Part shown: in pieces, positions 21,086 to 29,637 of the stretch
How positions within the stretch are numbered: position 1 is the first letter of the stretch
Layout: the number at the start of each line of letters is the position of its first letter
DNA from: Alphaproteobacteria bacterium
GTDB taxonomy: Bacteria; Pseudomonadota; Alphaproteobacteria; UBA8366; Aestuariispiraceae
Assembly (NCBI GenBank): GCA_024743195.1
Contig: JANSXE010000011.1
Location: forward strand, 54,335 to 118,334
Length of the DNA: 64,000 nucleotides
Reading direction: 5' to 3'
Notes under the pieces: model-generated
What the model was told of the DNA's origin: nothing
What the model saw: the letters and a program-made list of their open reading frames with translations, nothing else
The model's database searches: none
Translations under genes and position numbers: made by a program

Positions 21086-21107
21086 TTTTGTATTGAACAC
21101 TAGCTGC

Positions 21108-21749
21108 TCAGCGCTTGGTCAGCGCCAGCGCCACGCCGGTTCCGATCAGAAGCGTCCCCGTGATCCGCTGCCGGATGCGCGCCAGCGCGGGGTCGACCAT
21201 GTGCCGGCGCACGCGGCCGGCCAGGATCGCATAGCCGCCGTCGAACAGGATCGCGATCGCAACGAAGGCGCCTGCCATCGCAGTCAGCTGCGGCCCGGCC
21301 GCCAGCGTCGGGTCCAGGAACTGCGGGAAGAAGGCGATATAGAAGAGGATCGCCTTCGGGTTGGTGACGCCGATCAGGAAGCCCTGCGCCATCACCGCGC
21401 CGGCGCGGCGCTTGGCCATCGCCCCGCCAGTCGTGGACGCATCGGTCGGCGGCGCGGCCGGCCGGGCGCGCCATTCCCGGATCCCCAGCCAGATCAGATA
21501 GGCCGCGCCCAGATAGCGGACGATATAGAAGAGATCCGCCAACACGGTCATGATGGTGGTGATCCCGACCGCGCCCAGGACGATCAGCACGGTATTGCCG
21601 GCGCTCGCGCCCGCGACCGCCTGCAGGCCGGTGCGCGTCCCGTGCTTCAGGCTGGTCGCGACGACCAGCGCCACCACCGGCCCCGGCATCAGGATGAGCG
21701 CGGCGGACGCCAGACAGAAGGCGATGAACAGGTCCGGGTTGACGAGCAT
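21108..21749 (-). CDS. LysE/RhtB-family amino-acid exporter
   Basis: 213 aa. The N-terminal block LILMPGPVVALVVATSLKHG (the LysE PGP motif) and about 6 TM helices. Confidence 0.8.
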   Translation of the reverse strand: MLVNPDLFIAFCLASAALILMPGPVVALVVATSLKHGTRTGLQAVAGASAGNTVLIVLGAVGITTIMTVLADLFYIVRYLGAAYLIWLGIREWRARPAAPPTDASTTGGAMAKRRAGAVMAQGFLIGVTNPKAILFYIAFFPQFLDPTLAAGPQLTAMAGAFVAIAILFDGGYAILAGRVRRHMVDPALARIRQRITGTLLIGTGVALALTKR

Positions 21750-21822
21750 GATGCAGCTCCTGGATGCAGACCCGACAGTGTCGCCCCGAAATCGACGCGC
21801 GTCAAAGCGGAAGAGCGCGCCC

Positions 21823-23523
21823 TCAGTTGCGCGGGCTCAACAGGCCGCGGGCGATCACCTGCGCCTGGATCTCGCCGGCGCCTTCGAAGATGTTGAGGAT
21901 GCGGGCGTCGACCAGCCAGCGGCTGATCGGCGTCTCCTCCGCATAGCCGATCCCGCCATGGATCTGCAGCCCGTCGTCCGCCGCCGCCCAGGCGAGCCGC
22001 GCGGCCAGCAGCTTCGCCATGCCGGCCTCCACGTCGCTGCGCCGGCCGGCGTCCTTGGCGTCGCAGGCCGCCATGGTGAGTTGGCGCACCGTCTGCAGTT
22101 CGGCGGCGATCAGCGCCAGCTTGTCGGAAACCCGCGGGAAGGCGATCAGCGGCTTGCCGAACTGCCGGCGCGTCGTCGCGTACTCCACGGCCGCCGCCAG
22201 CGCGCCCTGCGCGACCCCGACCGCGCGCGCGGCGGTCTGGATGCGCGCGCTCTCGAAGGTGGCCATCAATTGCCGGAAGCCGGCGCCCTCCTCTCCGCCC
22301 AACAGGTTCTCCGCCGGGACGGGGAAGTCCTCGAAGGCGATGTCGTACTCCTTGAGGCCGCGATAGCCGAGCGTTCGGATCTCGCCGCCGCGCATGCCCT
22401 TCGCCGGGAACGGCTCGTCCGGCGTCCCGCGCGGTTTCTCCGCCAGCAGCATGGACAGGCCGCGATGGCCCGGCTCCTTCGGATCGGTGCGCACCAGCAA
22501 GGTCATCAGGTCCGAGCGCGCGCCGTGCGTGATCCAGGTCTTGGCCCCGGTCACCAGATAGCCGCCGTCGACCCGCCGCGCGCGGGTCTTCAGATGGGCG
22601 AGGTCGGAGCCGACATCCGGCTCCGTGAAGACCGCGGTGGGAAGGATCGCGCCCGAGGCGATCCCCGGCAGGAAGCGCGCCTTCTGATCCGCCGTCCCCG
22701 CGCCGGCGATCAACTCGCCCGCGATCTCCGCCCGGGTGCCCAGCGAGCCGACGCCCAGATGGGCGGCGCTCAGGGCCTCGGTCACGATGCATAGGGCCCG
22801 CTTGCCGAGGCCCAGGCCGCCCTGCGCCGCCGGGATCGTCAGCCCGAACAGCCCGAGCTCCGCAAGCGCCGCCAGCACGGAGTCCGGGATCAACGCATCG
22901 TCCCGGTGCCACGCCTGGGCGTGCGGCGCGACGCGTTCGGCGGCGAAGCGCGCGAAGCTCCCGCGCATCAGCGCCCCCTCCTCGCCGTCGCCGGGATCGC
23001 CGAAATCGCCGTCGGCGAGGCGGGCGGCGAGCGCGGCCCGCGCCTCCGGCGCCGCGCCCGCGGCGATCAGGGCGGCGACCGCCGGATCGGCGGCGAAGGC
23101 GGCGGCCTCGGCCGCAATTCCCAGATCGTGCGGCCGCGCGATCTCGCTCTGCCCCATGGGCAGGCCGTAGGCGGCGCGGGAGAGATATTCCGAAAAGGCG
23201 ATCGCGTGCTGCAGCCGCTCCGTCTCGCCGAACCGGCCGGCGGCGGCCAAAGCCTCCGCCCAGTCCTGCAGCGCCGCCAGCGCGCGCGCGTGCGCGGCGA
23301 GCCAGGCGAGCCCGTGCGCCTGGCGCTGGCGCGCCTCCAGCTTGGCCGTGTCGGGCGCGCCGCCCTGTCCGGCCACGGCGTCGGCCAAGCGCGCGCGCGC
23401 CGCCGCGACCAGCCGGTCGAGGGCCGCGAGCGCCGCGCGGGGCTGAAAGGTCTCGAGCGGGCTGTTCATCTCCCGGATGATGCCGGCCGCGGGCGCCGCG
23501 TCAATCGGCTTGACGCGCGCCAT
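21823..23523 (-). CDS. Acyl-CoA dehydrogenase family protein with extended N-terminal domain
   Basis: 566 aa. FTEPDVGSDLA, KTWITHG, a catalytic-base region with IFEGAGEIQ, and IHGGIGYAEE. An alternative start is ATG 23469 (MNSPLETF). Confidence 0.85.
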   Translation of the reverse strand: MARVKPIDAAPAAGIIREMNSPLETFQPRAALAALDRLVAAARARLADAVAGQGGAPDTAKLEARQRQAHGLAWLAAHARALAALQDWAEALAAAGRFGETERLQHAIAFSEYLSRAAYGLPMGQSEIARPHDLGIAAEAAAFAADPAVAALIAAGAAPEARAALAARLADGDFGDPGDGEEGALMRGSFARFAAERVAPHAQAWHRDDALIPDSVLAALAELGLFGLTIPAAQGGLGLGKRALCIVTEALSAAHLGVGSLGTRAEIAGELIAGAGTADQKARFLPGIASGAILPTAVFTEPDVGSDLAHLKTRARRVDGGYLVTGAKTWITHGARSDLMTLLVRTDPKEPGHRGLSMLLAEKPRGTPDEPFPAKGMRGGEIRTLGYRGLKEYDIAFEDFPVPAENLLGGEEGAGFRQLMATFESARIQTAARAVGVAQGALAAAVEYATTRRQFGKPLIAFPRVSDKLALIAAELQTVRQLTMAACDAKDAGRRSDVEAGMAKLLAARLAWAAADDGLQIHGGIGYAEETPISRWLVDARILNIFEGAGEIQAQVIARGLLSPRN

Positions 23524-23548
23524 CCCCGTCGCCGTTGACGGAAAATAG

Positions 23549-23585
23549 TATTACGTCCCCGAAATATAAATTCGGGGACATAATA
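23549..23585 (-). terminator. AT-rich near-perfect palindrome / hairpin; probable intrinsic terminator of the dioxygenase-HD operon, or an operator of the acyl-CoA dehydrogenase gene
   Basis: Stem GTCCCCGAA (23555-23563) pairs with TTCGGGGAC (23571-23579) around a 7-nt loop, extended by TATTA/TAATA outer arms with one mismatch. On the minus-strand RNA it is followed by CUAUUUUCC. Confidence 0.5.
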
Positions 23586-23634
23586 TGTTTTAGGTCAGGT
23601 CGGCGGGATCGGTCGTCCCCGTGCGGTGGCGAGC

Positions 23635-24234
23635 TCAGCCCGGCAGCCGCAGCCGCTCAAGCATCTCGGTGAAATGCTCCGGCGGCGGGGTTTTGAGGCC
23701 GGCGACCTTGCCGGTCTCGTCGAAGCGGCGCAGGCGCACGGCGGCCGCATGGTGCGGATTGGCCTCGAAGGCGGCGACCTCGTCGGCGCTCATCGGGCCG
23801 CCCTGAAGCTCCAGCGAGCGGATGGAGGCCGGCGAGAGACGCTGGAAATAGTCCGGCTCGACCGCGCAGAGATAGCGCTTGGCCGCGACGTGCAGCCTGA
23901 CCGGCTCCGACACCTCCGGCGGGAAGAAGCGGGCGAGGAAATCGGCGCCCGCCTCCTCGTGCCGGCTGTCGATCCCGCGGGCGGCCGCGTCTTCGGTGCA
24001 GTCGTGCAGATAGTGCCCGACATCGTGCAGCAGCGAGGCGGCGACCAGCGCGTCGTCGCCTTCCTCCTGGTCGGCGCAGACGGCGCATTGCAGGGCGTGC
24101 TCCTGCTGGCTGACCGCCTCGCCCAGATAGTCGCGCCCGCCGGATTGGCGGAACAGGGAGAGGATGAAGGGAACGATCGTCTCCCGGGTCACCTGATCGG
24201 GGTCGCGGGGCAGGGTTTCGCGAACGGCGGTCAT
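23635..24234 (-). CDS. HD-domain protein, PhnZ/TmpB-like mixed-valent diiron oxygenase candidate
   Basis: 199 aa from the ATG at 24234. The ligand pattern is EHALQCA, LLHDVGH, SRHEEAGA, RLHVAAKRYL, then a late FDE. The start overlaps the upstream dioxygenase stop (ATGA). Confidence 0.65.
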   Translation of the reverse strand: MTAVRETLPRDPDQVTRETIVPFILSLFRQSGGRDYLGEAVSQQEHALQCAVCADQEEGDDALVAASLLHDVGHYLHDCTEDAAARGIDSRHEEAGADFLARFFPPEVSEPVRLHVAAKRYLCAVEPDYFQRLSPASIRSLELQGGPMSADEVAAFEANPHHAAAVRLRRFDETGKVAGLKTPPPEHFTEMLERLRLPG

Positions 24235-25427
24235 CGGGGGTCTCCACTCAGTCTCTGGCGCTCCATGACGCGGAGCTGGCTCAACAGCGAATCCTCGTCG
24301 GCGTAACAGCCTTGCAGCCAGCGCTTGCCGGCGCCGAAGCCGCCGCGGCCGTGCAGCACCCGCCGGTTGTTGACGACGAAGAGGTCGCCCGGCGCCAGCT
24401 TGAACCGCAACGCCAAATCCGGGTCGCGCAGGATCTCCGAGAAGCGGCGATAGGCGCGGTAATAGGCCGGCGTCACCTCCGCCGGCAGGTCGAGCGGCGC
24501 GATCGAGCGGTTGTTGTAGGCGACCGCGATCGGCCGGCCGGCCTCGTCCGTCTCGATCAGGCGCCGGCGCGCCTGCAGGTCCGTCGTCGCCGTGCGGTAG
24601 CGGAAGGGAACCCGCCAGCGGGCCAGCAGGGCGTAATCCTCCGGCGCCGCTTCCCGCAGGCGCCGCGCGGCCTCGAGCCCGTCGACCGCCAGCGAGTCGC
24701 CGCCGTCCGCGTCCGACTGCAGGCAATGCAGAAGCTGCAGCGTCGGGACCGGATCGCGGTAGGGATTGTCCGTATGCACGCCGAGGCCGGCGCCCGTGAA
24801 GGCCATATTGGCCGGCTTCTCCTCCGCGCGCACGTCGAAGAGCCGGCCGTAGTTGGTTTCGCGCACATAGCCGAACAGCGAGACGATCCGGCAGACCATC
24901 CCAGGCTCCTGCGGAACGCCGCTCAGGAAGGCGACGCCGTCGCGGCGGATGTCGTCCAGCCACGCGAACAACGCCTCCGGATCGCGCGTCACCGCCGCAT
25001 AGTCGCGCCAGGCGACGCGCGCGCCGAGCGCGGCGGCGCTCCACCCCACGGGCGAACCGGCAGGCGGCTCCGCCGCGCCCTCGCGCCCGACGTCATAGGC
25101 GTGGGCGCGCAGCCAGGCGGCGTCGAAGGGAACCTCGATCCCCTCCGGCTCGAAGCGCAGCGTAAGGCCGCCGTCGGCCTCGATCCGCGCATCGGTCAGG
25201 GTCAGGTCCGCCGGCAGATCGGCGACGTCGAACAGGCGCTGATCGTTGTCCGCATGGCGGAAGGCCTCGCCCTGCGCCTGATCGCGCAGCCAGATCGCGT
25301 CGTATCGATGACGGGCGCCGTCCGGCCAGCGGAGCGTGAGCGCGTCCCCGCTGCAGGCGGCGATCTCCACGCCTGCGCCGCCGCTCCGGGCGGCGGTGCG
25401 TTCGGTTCGCGTTGTCAGTGTGGTCAT
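24231..25427 (-). CDS. Fe(II)/2-oxoglutarate dioxygenase of the gamma-butyrobetaine hydroxylase (BBOX/TmpA-like) type
   Basis: 398 aa from the ATG at 25427. It has an N-terminal DUF971/GBBH-like block LTLRWPDGARHRYDAIWLRDQ, an HxD in GLGVHTDNPY and a distal His in RRVLHGRGGF. The listed 581-aa ORF is a 5' over-extension. Confidence 0.7.
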   Translation of the reverse strand: MTTLTTRTERTAARSGGAGVEIAACSGDALTLRWPDGARHRYDAIWLRDQAQGEAFRHADNDQRLFDVADLPADLTLTDARIEADGGLTLRFEPEGIEVPFDAAWLRAHAYDVGREGAAEPPAGSPVGWSAAALGARVAWRDYAAVTRDPEALFAWLDDIRRDGVAFLSGVPQEPGMVCRIVSLFGYVRETNYGRLFDVRAEEKPANMAFTGAGLGVHTDNPYRDPVPTLQLLHCLQSDADGGDSLAVDGLEAARRLREAAPEDYALLARWRVPFRYRTATTDLQARRRLIETDEAGRPIAVAYNNRSIAPLDLPAEVTPAYYRAYRRFSEILRDPDLALRFKLAPGDLFVVNNRRVLHGRGGFGAGKRWLQGCYADEDSLLSQLRVMERQRLSGDPR

Positions 25428-25591
25428 GGCGACGGAGATCCTCTGGAGGGGTAGGGTGTAGCGCAGCTTTGTTGCACTTCTATAACAAGGCGGCGCACCC
25501 CTGTAGCTAGGGGCTGAAACCCGGCGCGGGCCAATAGATTCGACCCCATGGGGGGATAGATGCGGGCGACGGCGCGAACCGCCGTCGCGTT

Positions 25592-25620
25592 CTTGCGCCC
25601 GGCGCGGCCGCTTCCAATAT
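25592..25620 (+). promoter_or_regulatory. Candidate RpoH (sigma-32)-type heat-shock promoter of clpB
   Basis: CTTG (25592-25595), an 18-nt spacer, then CCAATAT (25614-25620). This resembles the alphaproteobacterial sigma-32 pattern CTTG-N17/18-CYTATNT and lies about 100 nt upstream of the clpB ATG. Pattern match only. Confidence 0.35.
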
Positions 25621-25727
25621 AGCATCTGAGAGGGGATGCGCGGGCGCCGCGAAGGCGGGCTCGAAAGCGTCTCGGGTTCTTGGATGTCTCGCTGCGCGAA
25701 GCGGGAGACGCGGGAAGAGGATCGACG

Positions 25728-28343
25728 ATGAATATCGAAAAGTTCACCGACCGCAGCCGCGGTTTTATTCAGTCTGCCCAGACGCTGGCGATCAATTCCG
25801 ACCACCAGCGCCTGACCCCCGACCACCTGCTGAAGGTGCTGTTGGACGATCCGGAGGGATTGGCCGCAACCCTGATCCGGGCCGCCGGCGGCGACCCGAA
25901 GCGCGCCCTGGCGCTGGTCGAGACCGACCTGGGCCGCATGCCGAAGGTGCAGGGCGCGGGCGCAAGCTCGCTGCATCTCGACACCGCGACCGCCAAGGCG
26001 CTCAGCCAGGCGGAAGAGCTCGCCCAGAAGAACGGCGACAGCTATGTCACCGCCGAGATCATTCTGCTGGCGCTCGCCATGGCGTCGGGGACCTCGGCGG
26101 CGAAGGCGCTCGCCGACGCCGGCGTGAAGCCCCAGGCCTTAAACCAGGCGGTGAAGGACATGCGCAAGGGCCGCACCGCGGACAGTCAGGCGGCCGAGGA
26201 CAAGTACGACGCGCTCAAGAAGTACACGCGCGACCTGACCCAGGCCGCGCGGGACGGCAAGCTCGACCCCGTCATCGGCCGGGACGAGGAGATCCGCCGC
26301 TCGATCCAGGTGCTCTCGCGCCGCACCAAGAACAACCCCGTGCTGATCGGCGAGCCCGGCGTCGGCAAGACCGCCATCGTCGAAGGGCTGGCCCAGCGCA
26401 TCGTGAACGGCGACGTGCCGGAGGCGCTGCGCGACAAGAAGCTCCTGGTGCTGGACCTGTCGGCGATGGTCGCCGGCTCCAAGTTCCGCGGCGAGTTCGA
26501 GGAGCGCCTCAAGGCCGTGCTGGAGGAGATCGCGGCCCTCGAAGGCGGCGGCGAGGGCGGCGTCGTCCTGTTCATCGACGAATTGCACACCCTGGTCGGG
26601 GCCGGCGCCGCGGAAGGCTCGATGGACGCCTCCAACATGCTGAAGCCGGCGCTGGCGCGCGGCGAGCTGCATTGCGTCGGCGCGACGACGCTCGACGAAT
26701 ACCGCAAGCATATCGAGAAGGACGCGGCGCTCGCCCGGCGCTTCCAGTCGGTCTTCGTGGCCGAGCCGACGGTGGAGGACACGATCTCCATCCTGCGCGG
26801 CCTGAAGGAGAAGTACGAGGTGCACCACGGGGTGCGCATCACCGATGGCGCGATCGTCTCGGCCGCCACGCTCTCCAACCGCTACATCGCCGACCGGTTC
26901 CTGCCCGACAAGGCGATCGACCTGGTGGACGAGGCGGCCTCGCGCCTGCGCATGGAGGTCGATTCCAAGCCGGAGGAGATCGACGAACTCGACCGCCGCA
27001 TCATCCAGCTCAAGATCGAACGCGAGGCGCTGAAGAAGGAGAGCGACAAGGCCTCCAAGGACCGGTTGGAGAAGCTGGAGGGCGAGCTGGAAGGGCTGGA
27101 GAAGCAGTCGGCCGACCTGACCGCGACTTGGCGCGCGGAGAAGGAGAAGCTGGCCGGCGCCTCCGAGTTGAAGGAGAAGCTCGACGCCGCGCGCATCGAG
27201 CTGGAGCAGGCCCAACGCACCGGTCGTTTCGACCGCGCGGGCGAGCTCGCCTACGGCGTGATCCCGGACCTCGAGAAGAAGCTCGCCGCCGCCGAGTCGC
27301 AGGAGGACGGCGCCCAGCACATGCTGAACGAGGCGGTCAGCGATCAGGACATCGCGAGCGTCGTCTCCCGCTGGACCGGCATTCCGGTCGACAAGATGCT
27401 GGAGGGCGAGCGCGAAAAGCTGGTGAAGATGGAGGGCCTGTTGGGCCGGCGCGTGGTCGGCCAGGACGAGGCCATCAAGGCCGTCGCCAACGCGGTCCGG
27501 CGCAGCCGCGCCGGCCTGCAGGATCCGAACCGGCCGATCGGCAGCTTCCTGTTCCTGGGCCCGACCGGCGTCGGCAAGACGGAGCTGACCAAGGCGCTGG
27601 CCGAGTTCCTGTTCGACGACGATCAGGCCATGGTCCGGATCGACATGTCGGAATTCATGGAGAAGCACTCCGTCAGCCGGCTGATCGGCGCGCCGCCGGG
27701 CTATGTCGGCTATGACGAGGGCGGCGCGCTCACCGAGGCGGTCCGCCGCCGGCCCTATCAGGTGGTGCTGTTCGACGAGGTGGAGAAGGCGCATCCGGAC
27801 GTCTTCAACGTGCTCCTGCAGGTGCTGGACGAAGGCCGGCTGACCGATGGGCAGGGTCGCACGGTCGATTTCCGCAACGTCCTCATCGTCATGACCTCGA
27901 ACCTGGGGGCGGAGTTCCTGGCCGCCCAGGAGGAGGGCCAGGACGTCGAGGAGGCCCGCGCCCAGGTGATGGAGGTGGTGCGCAGCGCCTTCCGGCCGGA
28001 GTTCCTGAACCGGCTGGACGAGATGCTGCTGTTCCGCCGCCTGACGCGCGACAACATGACCGGCATCGTCGACATCCAACTGAAGCATCTGACCAAGCTG
28101 CTGGCCGACCGCAAGATCGGGCTCGAGCTGGACGAGGCGGCCAAGACCTGGCTCGCCGACGCGGGCTACGATCCGGTCTACGGCGCGCGGCCCTTGAAGC
28201 GGGTGATCCAGAAGCAGCTTCAGAACCCGCTGGCGAGCCTGATCCTGGAAGGCAAGATCGCCGACGGCGATCGGGTCACGGTCTCCGCCGACGAGAGCGG
28301 CCTCGTCATCAATGGCGAGGCGGTGAAGGCGGAAGCGGCCTGA
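25728..28343 (+). CDS. clpB: Chaperone disaggregase ClpB
   Basis: 871 aa from ATG 25728. It has two AAA+ modules ([15 protein letters not shown] and [15 protein letters not shown]), a long coiled-coil middle domain, and typical ClpB N- and C-termini. Confidence 0.95.
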   Translation: MNIEKFTDRSRGFIQSAQTLAINSDHQRLTPDHLLKVLLDDPEGLAATLIRAAGGDPKRALALVETDLGRMPKVQGAGASSLHLDTATAKALSQAEELAQKNGDSYVTAEIILLALAMASGTSAAKALADAGVKPQALNQAVKDMRKGRTADSQAAEDKYDALKKYTRDLTQAARDGKLDPVIGRDEEIRRSIQVLSRRTKNNPVLIGEPGVGKTAIVEGLAQRIVNGDVPEALRDKKLLVLDLSAMVAGSKFRGEFEERLKAVLEEIAALEGGGEGGVVLFIDELHTLVGAGAAEGSMDASNMLKPALARGELHCVGATTLDEYRKHIEKDAALARRFQSVFVAEPTVEDTISILRGLKEKYEVHHGVRITDGAIVSAATLSNRYIADRFLPDKAIDLVDEAASRLRMEVDSKPEEIDELDRRIIQLKIEREALKKESDKASKDRLEKLEGELEGLEKQSADLTATWRAEKEKLAGASELKEKLDAARIELEQAQRTGRFDRAGELAYGVIPDLEKKLAAAESQEDGAQHMLNEAVSDQDIASVVSRWTGIPVDKMLEGEREKLVKMEGLLGRRVVGQDEAIKAVANAVRRSRAGLQDPNRPIGSFLFLGPTGVGKTELTKALAEFLFDDDQAMVRIDMSEFMEKHSVSRLIGAPPGYVGYDEGGALTEAVRRRPYQVVLFDEVEKAHPDVFNVLLQVLDEGRLTDGQGRTVDFRNVLIVMTSNLGAEFLAAQEEGQDVEEARAQVMEVVRSAFRPEFLNRLDEMLLFRRLTRDNMTGIVDIQLKHLTKLLADRKIGLELDEAAKTWLADAGYDPVYGARPLKRVIQKQLQNPLASLILEGKIADGDRVTVSADESGLVINGEAVKAEAA

Positions 28344-28360
28344 TCCGCGGCGGCTCGCTT

Positions 28361-28458
28361 CCTCCCCTCACCCTGCCGCGGCGCTCGCGCCGCGCGGCCC
28401 TCCCTCTCCCCTGGGGCGAGGGCCGGGGTGAGGGGGCGCCCGCGCGATAGCGGGCGCC
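28361..28458. repeat. GC-rich nested palindromic (REP-like) element between convergent clpB and benE
   Basis: The outer arms are CCCCTCACCC (28364-28373) and GGGTGAGGGG (28426-28435). An inner imperfect hairpin CCCTCTCCCC/GGGGCGAGGG lies at about 28402-28421. A perfect 9-bp hairpin GGCGCCCGC-6 nt-GCGGGCGCC spans 28435-28458. Confidence 0.6.
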
Positions 28459-28463
28459 GGCGC

Positions 28464-29621
28464 TCAAGCTTTGAGCCGCGCCCAAGCCCTCTCCAGCCCC
28501 ATGACCGCCAACCCCGTCGCCAGCCCCCAGAAGGCGGAGCCGATCCCGAACAGCGACAGGCCCGACGCGGTGACGCACAGCGTGAGGACCGCCGCCGGGC
28601 GATGCGCCTCCTCCTTGAGCGAGGCCGTCAGCGCGCCGATCAGCGGGGCCAGCAGCGCAAGCCCGGCCACCGTCGCGATGAAGGCCGGCGGCAAGGCGGC
28701 GAAGAGCGCGACCAACGACGCCCCGAACATCGCCAGGATCAGATAGAAAAGCGCGTACCACGGGCCGGTCTTCCAGCGCTGCGCGGGGTCCGGATGCGTG
28801 TCGGGGCCGGTGCAGATCGCCGCCGTGATGGCGGCCAGATTGACCGTCAGCCCGCCCAACGGCGCGATCAGCACGGAGGCGAGCCCCGAGGTGCGCAGGA
28901 TCGAGCCGGCGGGCGGCTGGTAGCCCGCGCCCTTGAGGACCGCGAAGCCCGGCAGGTTCTGCGAGGCCATGGTCACCAGATAGAGCGGAAGGGCGAGGCC
29001 GAGCAACGCCGCCGGATCGAAGGCCGGCGCGATCAGCGTGAGGTGCGAGAGCTGGAAGCCGCCCGCGATCGGCGCCGCCCGGTCGAGCCCGTAGACCAGC
29101 GCGATCCCCAGCCCGATCACCGCGATCACCGCCCAGGCGGGGCTGGCGAGCCGCAGCAGCAGGAAGGCCGCCACCATCGGCGCGACCAGCAGCGGGTCCG
29201 CGCCCAGATGCTCGAACACGCCGATCGTGAAACGGATCAGAACGCCGGCCAGCATCGCGGCCGCCACCGGGGTCGGCAATCGTTCGATCGCGCGCGCCAG
29301 CGGCCCGACGAAGCCGGTCAGTAGGATCAGCGCGCCGGCCGCCAGATAGGCGCCGATCGCAGCCGCGAGCCCGATCGAGCCGTCGGTCCCCGCGATCAGG
29401 GCCGCCCCCGGCGTCGACCAGGCGGCGATGATCGGTATCCTGTGGCGCACCGACAGGAAGGCCGAAATCCCGGCCATGGCGAGGCAGAGCGCCGCGACCC
29501 CGGAGGCCGTCTGCGCCTGGTTCGCGCCGACCGCCTGGGCGGCGGCGACGATCAGCGCCAGCGTGCCGCCGAAGCCGACCAGGACCGCGACCAGCGCGTT
29601 GACGGCGAGGGATGGGCGCAT
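28464..29621 (-). CDS. BenE-family benzoate/H+ symporter-like membrane protein
   Basis: 385 aa, polytopic. The N-terminal LVAVLVGFGGTLALIVAAAQAVG and PIIAAWSTPGAALIA are typical BenE-family blocks. Confidence 0.75.
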   Translation of the reverse strand: MRPSLAVNALVAVLVGFGGTLALIVAAAQAVGANQAQTASGVAALCLAMAGISAFLSVRHRIPIIAAWSTPGAALIAGTDGSIGLAAAIGAYLAAGALILLTGFVGPLARAIERLPTPVAAAMLAGVLIRFTIGVFEHLGADPLLVAPMVAAFLLLRLASPAWAVIAVIGLGIALVYGLDRAAPIAGGFQLSHLTLIAPAFDPAALLGLALPLYLVTMASQNLPGFAVLKGAGYQPPAGSILRTSGLASVLIAPLGGLTVNLAAITAAICTGPDTHPDPAQRWKTGPWYALFYLILAMFGASLVALFAALPPAFIATVAGLALLAPLIGALTASLKEEAHRPAAVLTLCVTASGLSLFGIGSAFWGLATGLAVMGLERAWARLKA

Positions 29622-29637
29622 GCGGCGGCCCCGCCGC

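Larger units (their letters stand above)
18949..21107. mobile_element. Horizontally acquired low-GC islet (single cargo gene, no mobility genes)
   Basis: The composition drops abruptly. Hand-counted 60-nt lines give about 33% (19441-19500) and 55% (20041-20100) GC, against about 70% in the flanks. Codons are A/T-ending throughout. No integrase, transposase or tRNA is present. Confidence 0.65.

Noticed and set aside
18900-21110. Prophage, IS element, integrative element or tRNA-linked genomic island around the low-GC gene
   Set aside because: I found no integrase, transposase, terminal inverted repeats, tRNA/tmRNA gene or phage genes in or next to the islet. Only a 9-bp direct repeat is present, so I describe it as an acquired islet of unknown mobilisation mechanism.
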